Virus record (IMG/VR): IMGVR_UViG_3300020388_000010
DNA from: a virus
Taxonomy: Duplodnaviria > Caudoviricetes
Reading direction: 5' to 3' (one strand)
Length of the DNA: 64,000 nt
This document shows, piece by piece, positions 29,202 to 37,924 of the stretch (within the stretch, counting starts at the first letter, position 1; the number at the start of each line of letters is the position of its first letter). The position numbers and the translations under genes were made by a program. A model generated the notes under the pieces. That model was given only the letters and a program-made list of their open reading frames with translations, was not told the origin of the DNA and ran no database searches.

Positions 29202-29715
29202 AATGATTATAACAAAAAATGATATATTATCAGAGGAAGATAGGCTTCTTATAGTAAAAGATATACAGTATGAGTTAAAACATAACCCTACTCCAAATAA
29301 AATGAAACCTTTATATCAAACAAAGGTTGACATACACAGAAAATATGTTAAAATACATAAACATTGGGATAATTTTTTCAAATCAATATATGATATGTTT
29401 ATTTTAAACAAGATAGGATTTGGTGCTTTCACAATGTGTTGGGGTATGAAACAATCTAAAGAAACAATAAATATGTATCACACACACCAGAAAGCAGACA
29501 CTAACGAAAGTCCAGATTTAAGTATCATATATTATGCACAAAATAAATATCCTAAGTATGGAACTTATATAGGTATTGGAGATATGAAAGAGGGAGTACA
29601 AAATTCACTTGTAGTTTTTGATGCAAGTATTCCACATAGAGCTCCAGATTTACCTAAAGAAGTTTTAGAAGAAGAAGACAGAATAATAATCGCAATGGAT
29701 TACATATATGACTAA
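29194..29715 (+). CDS. Putative 2OG-Fe(II) oxygenase
   Basis: YHTH, SIIYY, NSLVVFDASIPHRAP, RIIIA. Confidence 0.7.
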   Translation: MTKMIITKNDILSEEDRLLIVKDIQYELKHNPTPNKMKPLYQTKVDIHRKYVKIHKHWDNFFKSIYDMFILNKIGFGAFTMCWGMKQSKETINMYHTHQKADTNESPDLSIIYYAQNKYPKYGTYIGIGDMKEGVQNSLVVFDASIPHRAPDLPKEVLEEEDRIIIAMDYIYD

Positions 29716-29947
29716 AAAATACATACACATAAATCAACACAAGATTCGTGCAAATAAAAAACACGGAACAAATGAAGCAGTAATTACTATTAAAGAAGGT
29801 CGTAAAAATACTTATTGTCATAGTGTTGAAATACTAGGCCCATCTAAATTATTTTATGGTGGTAATGATAAACCAATTCTACCTTGTGGTGCAAGAGTTG
29901 TTATTGAAACAGAAAGTGATTTAAAGATTGATAATAAAGACTATTGA
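29708..29947 (+). CDS. Conserved phage hypothetical protein
   Basis: IHINQHKIRAN...CGARVVIET, recurrent in marine phages. Confidence 0.65.
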   Translation: MTKKYIHINQHKIRANKKHGTNEAVITIKEGRKNTYCHSVEILGPSKLFYGGNDKPILPCGARVVIETESDLKIDNKDY

Positions 29948-30722
29948 TTGGAAAGTTGCAACTCTTTTCGTTCAAAAAAGACACTATAGTGCAGTTATGC
30001 CTAGACTAACTAAACATTGGTTAGGTTGTTATCAAAATGAAAAGTTAGTTGGGGTAATAACTTTAGGTTGGGGAACTAGACCTAAACATACCATACAAAA
30101 AATATTTCCAGAATTAGATACAAAAGATTATTATGAAATAGGAAAAATGTGTATGGATGAAGATATGCCTCGTAATTCTGAATCTCAAATGTTATCAAAA
30201 ACATTAAGTTATATACGAGAAAATTTATCCAATATAAAATATCTTTATACTTGGGCAGATGGTATTGTTGGTAAGCCTGGATATGTTTATCAATCTGCAA
30301 ATTTTTTATATGGTGGATTTGTTTGGACAGATGTTTATATTTTAGATGGAGAAAAGGTACACCCAAGAACATTACAAGGACAATTACCAAATGATGATGG
30401 AATGAAGTATGGACACAGACCCAATTCCGAACAACTAAAAGAAATGAAAATTACTAGAGTTTTTGGTAAACAGTTTCGTTACATATATCCTATGAATAAA
30501 ACATATAGAAAGTATCTTAAAAAATCTACTATGAATTGGAATTTAGACTATCCAAAAGATAAAGACTTGGAATGGAAAGTTAAAAAACCAGAGGACGAGA
30601 AATATACTTTGACAAAGGTAATGCCGTTCAAACAAGATAGTGGTAAAGTAAAACATAACTCTACTAATGTAAATAAAGTTGCAGATAAGTATGGAACAGC
30701 AAGTTTGGAGGAATTCATTTGA
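29928..30722 (+). CDS. Mom-like GNAT-fold DNA modification protein (GTG/TTG-type start)
   Basis: FVQKRHYS, LVGVITLG, EIGKMC, PRNSESQMLS, TWADG, GYVYQSANFLYGG. Confidence 0.78.
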   Translation: MIIKTIDWKVATLFVQKRHYSAVMPRLTKHWLGCYQNEKLVGVITLGWGTRPKHTIQKIFPELDTKDYYEIGKMCMDEDMPRNSESQMLSKTLSYIRENLSNIKYLYTWADGIVGKPGYVYQSANFLYGGFVWTDVYILDGEKVHPRTLQGQLPNDDGMKYGHRPNSEQLKEMKITRVFGKQFRYIYPMNKTYRKYLKKSTMNWNLDYPKDKDLEWKVKKPEDEKYTLTKVMPFKQDSGKVKHNSTNVNKVADKYGTASLEEFI

Positions 30723-32425
30723 TAATATTTAAGAAAGTTAGATGGAAAAATTTATTATCTACTGGTAATTATTTTTTAGAAGTTGAATTAGATAGAAGCC
30801 CTACAACACTCATAGTCGGAGAAAATGGTTCTGGTAAATCAACAGTTCTTGATGCACTATGTTTTGTACTATTCAATAAACCATTTAGAACTGTGAGTAA
30901 GTCACAACTAATTAACTCTATCAATTTAGGGGGAACTATTGTTGAGATAGAATTTGTAATACAAAAAAATAATTTTAAAATTATTCGTGGTATGAAACCA
31001 AATATATTTGAAATATATTGTAATGGTCGTATGATGAATCAAGATGCAAATGCATTAGATACACAAAAGATATTAGAACAACAAATCCTTAAATTAAATT
31101 ATCGTTCATTTACTCAAGTTGTAATCTTAGGCTCATCTACATTTGTTCCTTTTATGCAATTAAGAAGTAAAGATAGAAGAGAAGTAGTAGAGGATATATT
31201 AGACATTAAGATATTCTCATTAATGAATTTCTTATTAAAACATAAAGTAAAAGAAGTTTCAGAAGAACTAAAGTCAATAGAATATGAATTTAGATTATCA
31301 AAAGAAAAGATTGATTTACAAAACAAATATATTGAAGATATAAAAAGAAACAAAGAAAAAATTATAGAAGAAAAGGAACATTTGATATTTGATAGTGAAA
31401 AGGTTGTGTTATCAGAACAAGAAAAAGCAGATGTTTTAAATGAAGAAGTTAAAAAACTACAACCAGAGGTTTTACAAAAAGATATTGTTAAAGGTAGTAT
31501 TCGTGAATATCATAAGATGGAAGCTAAACTTTCTAATAGAATAGATGAAAACAAAAGACAAAAAGAATTCTTTGAAAATAACGAATCTTGTCCACTTTGT
31601 ACTCAAGATATAGAATTAGATTTAAAGAAACAAAAGATAGAAGAAAAATCAAAAAGAATACAAGAACTTAATAGTGGTATAGACAAACTTAAAATAGAAC
31701 TAAATGATAAAGAACAACTTCTTAAAGGTATAGAGATGTTGTCAAAACAAATTAGAGAGAAAGAAGTTGAGGTTGCAAAGATATGTACTTCTATAACACA
31801 TATGCAAAAATTAATTACACAAACATCACAACAGATTAATGTTATGAAAAAGGGTGAAGTATCTGAAGAAGATAAAGTTAAACTTACAAGACTATCAGAA
31901 AGATGTAAATTACAAGAGGAACAGATAACTAAACTAAGAGAAGATAAGTTTTATGTAGATGTTGCAAGAAATTTATTAATGGACACTGGTATCAAAACAA
32001 AGATAATAAACAAGTATTTACCGATTATGAATAAATTAATCAATGGGTACTTGACAAGTATGGATTTTTATGTTAACTTTAAACTGGACAATAATTTTAA
32101 TGAAACTATTAAGTCCAGACACAGAGATGAATTTAGTTATTCTTCTTTTAGTGAGGGTGAAAAAATGAGGATTGACCTTGCACTTCTCTTTACTTGGAGA
32201 GCTGTTGCAAAGATGAAAAACTCAACCAACACTAATTTATTAATACTAGATGAAATCTTTGATAGTAGTTTAGATACTACTGGTACTGATGATTTCTTAA
32301 AAATATTGCACACTTTTGCTGACCAAAATGTATTTGTCATAAGTCATAAGGGAGATACAATGTTTGATAAGTTTAGAAGTGTGATAAAGTTTGAAAAACA
32401 AAGAAACTTTAGTAAATTATTATGA
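30719..32425 (+). CDS. gp46: Recombination ATPase gp46 (Rad50/SbcC-like)
   Basis: WKNLLSTGN, GENGSGKST, CPLC hook, FSEGEKMRIDLAL, LILDEIFDSSLD. Confidence 0.96.
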   Translation: MIIFKKVRWKNLLSTGNYFLEVELDRSPTTLIVGENGSGKSTVLDALCFVLFNKPFRTVSKSQLINSINLGGTIVEIEFVIQKNNFKIIRGMKPNIFEIYCNGRMMNQDANALDTQKILEQQILKLNYRSFTQVVILGSSTFVPFMQLRSKDRREVVEDILDIKIFSLMNFLLKHKVKEVSEELKSIEYEFRLSKEKIDLQNKYIEDIKRNKEKIIEEKEHLIFDSEKVVLSEQEKADVLNEEVKKLQPEVLQKDIVKGSIREYHKMEAKLSNRIDENKRQKEFFENNESCPLCTQDIELDLKKQKIEEKSKRIQELNSGIDKLKIELNDKEQLLKGIEMLSKQIREKEVEVAKICTSITHMQKLITQTSQQINVMKKGEVSEEDKVKLTRLSERCKLQEEQITKLREDKFYVDVARNLLMDTGIKTKIINKYLPIMNKLINGYLTSMDFYVNFKLDNNFNETIKSRHRDEFSYSSFSEGEKMRIDLALLFTWRAVAKMKNSTNTNLLILDEIFDSSLDTTGTDDFLKILHTFADQNVFVISHKGDTMFDKFRSVIKFEKQRNFSKLL

Positions 32426-32874
32426 TTAAAAAGATTAGTGTATTGTGTTTATTACCATCATTTGTTTTCGCAACAAATCCTTGTGAATATGATAATCAAA
32501 CTACATCCACAATGCAAGGTACAGTAGAATCAGTAATCGTAAAAGATAAAACAGTAACAGAGTATTTTAGAGAAACAAAGAAATGTAAAGTAATAATTAA
32601 AGCAAAAGTACAAGGTAAATGGTATATCACTTCAGAAGATTATATATTCACACCAGATATGTCAGAAAACGAAGCTTGCCAAAATGCAGTTAATCGTGCA
32701 AAAGAAAGATTATTACAAGAGTTTGTTCCAGAAACATTAGAATCAACAAAAAATTTAAATTGTCAAGTAAAGGCCTTGACAAAACCAAGAATTGAGTGTA
32801 CAGTAGAAACACTTAATGTTGTAATGCCAGGGTTGGGATTACAAGAAGTTAAACTTAAACAATGTAATAGGTGA
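32422..32874 (+). CDS. Secreted cysteine-containing hypothetical protein
   Basis: Signal peptide MIKKISVLCLLPSFVFA; six mature cysteines. Confidence 0.6.
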   Translation: MIKKISVLCLLPSFVFATNPCEYDNQTTSTMQGTVESVIVKDKTVTEYFRETKKCKVIIKAKVQGKWYITSEDYIFTPDMSENEACQNAVNRAKERLLQEFVPETLESTKNLNCQVKALTKPRIECTVETLNVVMPGLGLQEVKLKQCNR

Positions 32875-32877
32875 TAT

Positions 32878-33072
32878 ATGAATAAAAGAAAAGGCATTTT
32901 AACCAATGTTTTAATTTTATGTGGAGTTTTTGCTCTACTTATATTTACACAGTCTTGTGGTACTGTTTCTGGATTCGGCCAAGATATAAAAGATGTATCT
33001 GGTTGGGGAAAAGAGAAACTACAAAATTCTGATGAAGAGGAGGTGATTAATTATGAAGAAGAAGTTATTTAG
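32878..33072 (+). CDS. Entericidin EcnA/B-like lipoprotein
   Basis: Lipobox TQSC followed by GTVSGFGQDIK. Confidence 0.65.
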   Translation: MNKRKGILTNVLILCGVFALLIFTQSCGTVSGFGQDIKDVSGWGKEKLQNSDEEEVINYEEEVI

Positions 33073-33760
33073 CATCTTGCCTCTCATCGCACTAGGTTCT
33101 TGTGCAACAAAAGTAGATGTTGACCCTTTGGTTGAAACACCAGAGATTCAACAACAAATACAGAAAGTTGAAAGTACATCTAGTGTTATACCAAATTGGT
33201 TCAAAGAACTTCCAGAAGATGAAAAAATGATTTACTCATCTGGAACTGCAATCGCACCAGATTTACAATTATCTGTTGATATTGCAACTATGAACGCTAA
33301 AACAGTTCTTGCAGATAGAATAAATGGTAAACTTAATAGTATGACCAAACAATTTATTGCAAAAACTGGTACTACGGATTTAGATTCTCAAGTATTAAAT
33401 GAATTAGAAAGAGTATCTAAAAATGTAATTGCATCAGTAGATGTTGCTGGTTATAAAATTAAAGATATGGAAGTATATCCTGCTGGAACTCAATATCGTT
33501 CATTTGTATTATTAGAATATTCTGATGAAGAAGCTATAAAAATACTTATGAATAGAATGAGAAAAGACAGAGCTGTATATGCAAAACTTCGTTCTAATAA
33601 TGCATTTAAAGAATTAGAAAGAAGTGTTGACAAATCTTTAAACCAAGACGAAGTACAATCTTTATCTAATATAGAAAAAGAATTGGATGACTTGGGTGAT
33701 AATAATAGACACATCAGAACAGTTCCCTCATATGGGCCTGATAAATGGATGACAGAGTAA
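33053..33760 (+). CDS. LPP20-like lipoprotein
   Basis: Lipobox LGSC; IPNWF, SSGTA, ATMNAKTVLA. Confidence 0.65.
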   Translation: MKKKLFSILPLIALGSCATKVDVDPLVETPEIQQQIQKVESTSSVIPNWFKELPEDEKMIYSSGTAIAPDLQLSVDIATMNAKTVLADRINGKLNSMTKQFIAKTGTTDLDSQVLNELERVSKNVIASVDVAGYKIKDMEVYPAGTQYRSFVLLEYSDEEAIKILMNRMRKDRAVYAKLRSNNAFKELERSVDKSLNQDEVQSLSNIEKELDDLGDNNRHIRTVPSYGPDKWMTE

Positions 33761-34080
33761 TGAGATTATTTATTGTCTTAATTTTTCTGTTTGCATCAAC
33801 AACTGCATTTAGTCAACCTAAAAAGGGATTATTTGAAGGTGTTGGTGCATTTCTAGGTGTAGTGGGTGCAAAACAGTTAAATGTTTCTGACCCATATGCA
33901 CTTGCGGCTAGTGGACTACTAGGATTATTCATTGGTGGTCAAGTCGGTCAACATATTGACCGAACTGAAGAAATACACGATATAGAAAGTAAAAGATGTA
34001 AAAAGTTTATTACTGGAACTAATCGTGTAGGAATGGCTTGCAGAGAGTTTGGACAATGGGTAGTCGTACATATGGAGTAA
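33760..34080 (+). CDS. Glycine-zipper membrane protein
   Basis: Signal peptide; GVGAFLGVVG and GLLGLFIGGQVG zippers; ATG overlaps upstream stop. Confidence 0.65.
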   Translation: MRLFIVLIFLFASTTAFSQPKKGLFEGVGAFLGVVGAKQLNVSDPYALAASGLLGLFIGGQVGQHIDRTEEIHDIESKRCKKFITGTNRVGMACREFGQWVVVHME

Positions 34081-34084
34081 AAAT

Positions 34085-34138
34085 ATGTGGATTGCAATAG
34101 GTATTGTAGGGTATTTACTATTACCTTATATAGTATAA
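34085..34138 (+). CDS. 17-aa hydrophobic micro-peptide MWIAIGIVGYLLLPYIV
   Basis: GGAG SD 7 nt upstream; ends just before terminator; not in ORF track. Confidence 0.5.
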   Translation: MWIAIGIVGYLLLPYIV

Positions 34139-34139
34139 G

Positions 34140-34170
34140 AAAAAGGGAACTTCGTGTTCCCTTTTTTTTT
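34140..34170. terminator. Bidirectional intrinsic terminator
   Basis: AAAAAGGGAAC-TTCGT-GTTCCCTTTTTTTTT, A-tract and T-tract on either side. Confidence 0.85.
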
Positions 34171-34237
34171 AGTTGATTCCCATTCCTATACTCATTAATA
34201 TTGTGAATACTGACATTGTAATCGTAAATAAATTCAT
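34169..34237 (-). CDS. 22-aa hydrophobic micro-peptide MNLFTITMSVFTILMSIGMGIN
   Basis: AGGGGA SD 5 nt upstream on - strand; stop abuts the terminator; not in ORF track. Confidence 0.5.
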   Translation of the reverse strand: MNLFTITMSVFTILMSIGMGIN

Positions 34238-34337
34238 TTGAATCCCCTATGGCTTGGTCTATATCTTTATATAGTATTCTGTATAAAAAATATAAAGTAT
34301 ATTCACAAATAAAATATCAAAAAAATACAAAAAGGGG

Positions 34338-34365
34338 TTGACATTGTTTCAAAAACAAGTATAAT
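34338..34365 (+). promoter_or_regulatory. Strong early sigma70-type promoter
   Basis: TTGACA-16-TATAAT with A-rich UP element. Confidence 0.75.
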
Positions 34366-34414
34366 ATAGTTATGATAACAAATAACATAATAACAATTAA
34401 AAAAGGAGTATATT

Positions 34415-35368
34415 ATGGTTGCAGCTGTTGAGACAATGGCATATGCTGGAGAAGTGCCTTGGCACGGATTAGGAACAAAAGTTCCACACGATTTATCAAC
34501 TGACGAGATGTTAAAACAATCTGGTTTAGATTGGTATGTACAAAAACTACCTACTTATGTAGATAACCCATCTGGACAACAAAAGACTGGTTCATTTGCA
34601 TTAGTTAGAAGTTCTGATAACAAAGTTCTTGCACCAAGTGTAGGACAAAACTGGAATCCAGTTCAAAACAAAGAAGCATTTGATTTCTTTTCTGAGTATG
34701 TTGAAGCTGGTGATTTAGAGATGCATACTGCTGGTTCTTTAATGGACGGTAAAATGGTATGGGCTCTTGCAAAAGTTAAACAAAGTTTTGAATTATTCAA
34801 AGGTGATGAGGTAGAAAACTATATGTTGTTTTCAAATCCACATCAGTTTGGTAAGTCTATTGATATTAGAATGACACCTATTAGGGTTGTTTGTAATAAC
34901 ACTTTAACTTTATCTTTGAGTACCGATAGTGATTCTATGGTGAAAGTAAATCATAGAAGAGAGTTTAATCCAGAAATGGTTAAAGAACAACTTGGTATTG
35001 CAAAAGAAAAAATGGATAATTACAAGACTATGGCAGAGTTTCTTGGTAGTAAAAGATATACTACTGAAAGACTTGTTGAGTATCTTAACACAGTATATCC
35101 ATCTAATATCAAAGATGATGATATTAAAAACCCATCTGTTCCGACAACAGTTAATGGTAGGAAAGCATTTGAAGTTATTGAAACTCAGCCTGGTAATCAG
35201 TATGCAAAAGGTACTTGGTGGCAGGCGTTTAATGCAGTAACTTTTAATACTGACCACCAACAAGGTTCTACTACTGACGGAAGACTTACTTCTGCTTGGT
35301 ATGGTAGGAACAGAAGAGTTAAGTTAAAAGCACTTGATACTGCATTAAAAATGGCAGAAGTTGCTTAG
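34415..35368 (+). CDS. DUF932-family protein
   Basis: VETMAYAGEVPWHGLG, PVQNKEAFDFF, TAGSL, TPIRVVCNNTL, GTWWQAFNAVT. Confidence 0.88.
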   Translation: MVAAVETMAYAGEVPWHGLGTKVPHDLSTDEMLKQSGLDWYVQKLPTYVDNPSGQQKTGSFALVRSSDNKVLAPSVGQNWNPVQNKEAFDFFSEYVEAGDLEMHTAGSLMDGKMVWALAKVKQSFELFKGDEVENYMLFSNPHQFGKSIDIRMTPIRVVCNNTLTLSLSTDSDSMVKVNHRREFNPEMVKEQLGIAKEKMDNYKTMAEFLGSKRYTTERLVEYLNTVYPSNIKDDDIKNPSVPTTVNGRKAFEVIETQPGNQYAKGTWWQAFNAVTFNTDHQQGSTTDGRLTSAWYGRNRRVKLKALDTALKMAEVA

Positions 35369-35408
35369 GGACTTGACAAATTATTGACTCTATGGTAGTG
35401 TAATAATA

Positions 35409-35416
35409 TATAAATA
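35409..35416 (+). promoter_or_regulatory. Late promoter for hsp20
   Basis: TATAAATA; a TTGACA also lies at 35374. Confidence 0.6.
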
Positions 35417-35420
35417 TAGA

Positions 35421-35580
35421 TGAGAAGCCGTTCATAAGACTTCTCAATGACACAATATAGTATACCTACCCTAGAGTGTCATAAATAAATAGAGTTATGG
35501 GGTTCTCTATAAAAAACCCCAACTTTATGAGTTGCCTTTTTGGGACTCAATATTAATCTTGCTTAAAGAAGGAGATAGAT
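35421..35580 (+). promoter_or_regulatory. Structured 5' UTR, ROSE-like RNA thermometer
   Basis: Five successive hairpins; the last pairs ATCTT(G)CTT with AAGGAGAT (SD), leaving a bulged G. Confidence 0.7.
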
Positions 35581-36009
35581 ATGAATACTTTAGCAACATT
35601 AGACCGTAATAGGTTAACACCGTATACAGTTGGTTTTGATAGTCTATTTGATAGACTTTTTGATACTGACTTTCATACAACAAGTGGTGGATTCCCACCA
35701 TATAACATAGTCAAAAATGATGACTACAACTATCAAATTGAGATGGCCTTGGCTGGTTATTCCAAAAAAGACATTGATATTGAACTAAAGGAAGGAACTT
35801 TAAGTATCTCATCTAAAAAAATAGAAGGTGATACAAATGAGAATACTTTAATACACAGAGGTATTTCTCACAAAAGTTTCAAAAGAAGTTTTACTTTATC
35901 AGATGAGATGAAAGTGAAAGGTGCAAAAATGGAAAATGGAATGTTATACATTGCATTAGAAAGAATTGTGCCTGACCACAAAAAACCTCAAACGATACAA
36001 GTAAAATAA
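35581..36009 (+). CDS. hsp20: Small heat-shock protein Hsp20 (IbpA-like)
   Basis: FPPYNIVK, IEMALAGY, HRGIS, FKRSFTL, AKMENGMLYI. Confidence 0.95.
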   Translation: MNTLATLDRNRLTPYTVGFDSLFDRLFDTDFHTTSGGFPPYNIVKNDDYNYQIEMALAGYSKKDIDIELKEGTLSISSKKIEGDTNENTLIHRGISHKSFKRSFTLSDEMKVKGAKMENGMLYIALERIVPDHKKPQTIQVK

Positions 36010-36016
36010 ATTTATC

Positions 36017-36052
36017 GGTGGGGTTGACAAAACCCCACCTTTATTATATAAT
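36017..36052 (+). promoter_or_regulatory. Hairpin (probable hsp20 terminator) overlapping a consensus sigma70 promoter
   Basis: GGTGGGGTT-GACAA-AACCCCACC stem; TTGACA(36024)-17-TATAAT(36047). Confidence 0.7.
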
Positions 36053-36058
36053 GATTAT

Positions 36059-36301
36059 ATGAAAAAAATAGATAATGTTAACCACCCACCACATTACAAT
36101 CAACAAAAAATTGAATGTATAGATGCAATAGAATGTGCAACTGGTGATGGTTTTGAAAGCTATCTTCAAGGTAATATATTAAAATACATTTGGAGATATA
36201 ATTATAAAAATGGTACTGAGGACTTAAAGAAAGCCCAATGGTACTTAAATAAACTTATTGAAGTGAAGGAACTAAATAATGAAATTGTCAAATCAGACTA
36301 A
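36059..36301 (+). CDS. DUF3310-family protein
   Basis: DNVNHPPHY, IECIDAI, GNILKYIWRY, EDLKKAQWYL. Confidence 0.88.
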   Translation: MKKIDNVNHPPHYNQQKIECIDAIECATGDGFESYLQGNILKYIWRYNYKNGTEDLKKAQWYLNKLIEVKELNNEIVKSD

Positions 36302-36953
36302 AGAGATATTAAAAAACTATTCTCAAATCAATCAAAACATTTTAATCAAACAAGGTAATCAGTTAAAAACTGTATCTGCAATGAAAAACATTGTTGCATC
36401 TGCAACTGTTCCAGATGAGTTCTCACAAGAGATTCCTATCTACAATCTAAATGAATATCTTGCAGCTATGTCTTTATTTAAAGAACCAATTTTATCTTTT
36501 AATGATAAGTATATGACTATCGCAGAAGAAGATAATAGTTCAAGTTGTAAGTATCATTATTCTGACCCATCTGTTATCGTTACAGTTGATAAAGAAATTA
36601 GTATGCCATCTGTTGATGCAGAGGTTGATATCACAGAAGTAAATCTAAAGAAAGTTATTACTGCAGCTGGCACATTAGGTGTATCTGATTTAGTATTAAC
36701 TGGTCAAAAAGATAGTACAATACAACTAAAAGTAAAAGATAAAAAGAACAAAGCATCAAATGATTTTGCAATCACAATCGGTAGTGGTGCATCTGCATTT
36801 TTTGAATTTTATTTCAAAGTAGAAAATCTAAAACTATTGCCTGGTGATTATAAAGTACAAGTTTCATCTAAAGGTATTTCTTATTTCCAACATAAGAATT
36901 TAGATGTATCATATTTTATTGCATTAGAACCAGAATCAACATACAATTCATAG
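36279..36953 (+). CDS. gp45: Sliding clamp gp45
   Basis: MKLSNQTKEILKNYSQINQNI, IYNLNEYL, FKVENLKLLPGDY, YFIALE. Confidence 0.95.
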   Translation: MKLSNQTKEILKNYSQINQNILIKQGNQLKTVSAMKNIVASATVPDEFSQEIPIYNLNEYLAAMSLFKEPILSFNDKYMTIAEEDNSSSCKYHYSDPSVIVTVDKEISMPSVDAEVDITEVNLKKVITAAGTLGVSDLVLTGQKDSTIQLKVKDKKNKASNDFAITIGSGASAFFEFYFKVENLKLLPGDYKVQVSSKGISYFQHKNLDVSYFIALEPESTYNS

Positions 36954-36962
36954 GGGAGTTAA

Positions 36963-37916
36963 ATGAATAACACCTTTTTATGGGTTGAGAAGTATAGACC
37001 TAAAACTATACAAGATTGTATATTACCAGAAACTCTAAAGAAAACTTTTTCTGAGTTTGTTAAAAATGGTATTCCTAATCTATTACTAACAGGCGGGCCT
37101 GGTGTTGGTAAAACAACAGTTGCAAAAGCAATGTTAGAACAAATAGGTTATGATTATATTATGATTAACGGTTCTGAAGAATCTGGTATTGATGTACTTC
37201 GTAATAAAATGAAAAACTTTGCATCTACTATGTCGTTAGAGGGTAGTAGAAAGTTTATCATTATTGATGAGGCAGATTATCTAAATGCACAATCAACACA
37301 ACCAGCACTTCGTGGTATGATAGAGGAGTTTCACAAGAACTGTGGATTTATTCTTACTTGTAATTTTAAGAATAGAATCATAGAACCTTTACATAGTCGT
37401 TGTAGTGTGGTTGAATTTAATATTCCAAAAACTGAAAAACCAACACTTGCAAGAGAGTTTATGACAAGTATTGAAAATGTTCTCAAAACAGAGAGAGTAA
37501 ATGATAAAAAAATAAAGTATGATGAAAGAGTTGTACAAGAACTAATTATAAAGTTCTTTCCAGATTGGAGAAGATGTCTTAATGAATTACAAAGATATTC
37601 TACCTCTGGACAAATTGATAGTGGAATATTAGTAAACCTTTCTGAAAAGAATATGAGAGATTTAATCACATTCTTGAGAGAGAAAGATTTTACAAGTATG
37701 AGAAAGTGGGTTGTTAATAATTTAGATAACGACCCTGCTAGAATATTTAGAAAAATGTATGACAATCTTTATGAGTATTTTGAAGATGGTCGTTCAATCG
37801 CAACAGCAGTTTTATTGATTGCAGACTATCAATACAAAGCTGCATTTGTTGCCGACCAAGAAATTAATTTACTTGCTTGTCTAACACAGTTGATGGGTGA
37901 ATGTAAATTTAAATAG
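36963..37916 (+). CDS. gp44: Clamp loader ATPase gp44
   Basis: LWVEKYRP, GPGVGKTT, IIDEAD, PLHSRC, FPDWRR. Confidence 0.96.
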   Translation: MNNTFLWVEKYRPKTIQDCILPETLKKTFSEFVKNGIPNLLLTGGPGVGKTTVAKAMLEQIGYDYIMINGSEESGIDVLRNKMKNFASTMSLEGSRKFIIIDEADYLNAQSTQPALRGMIEEFHKNCGFILTCNFKNRIIEPLHSRCSVVEFNIPKTEKPTLAREFMTSIENVLKTERVNDKKIKYDERVVQELIIKFFPDWRRCLNELQRYSTSGQIDSGILVNLSEKNMRDLITFLREKDFTSMRKWVVNNLDNDPARIFRKMYDNLYEYFEDGRSIATAVLLIADYQYKAAFVADQEINLLACLTQLMGECKFK

Positions 37917-37924
37917 GAGTTATT

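Noticed and set aside
34170-35580. tRNA genes in the larger intergenic gaps
   Set aside because: No cloverleaf or T-loop GTTCGA/CCA signature; better explained by micro-ORFs, promoters and the hsp20 leader
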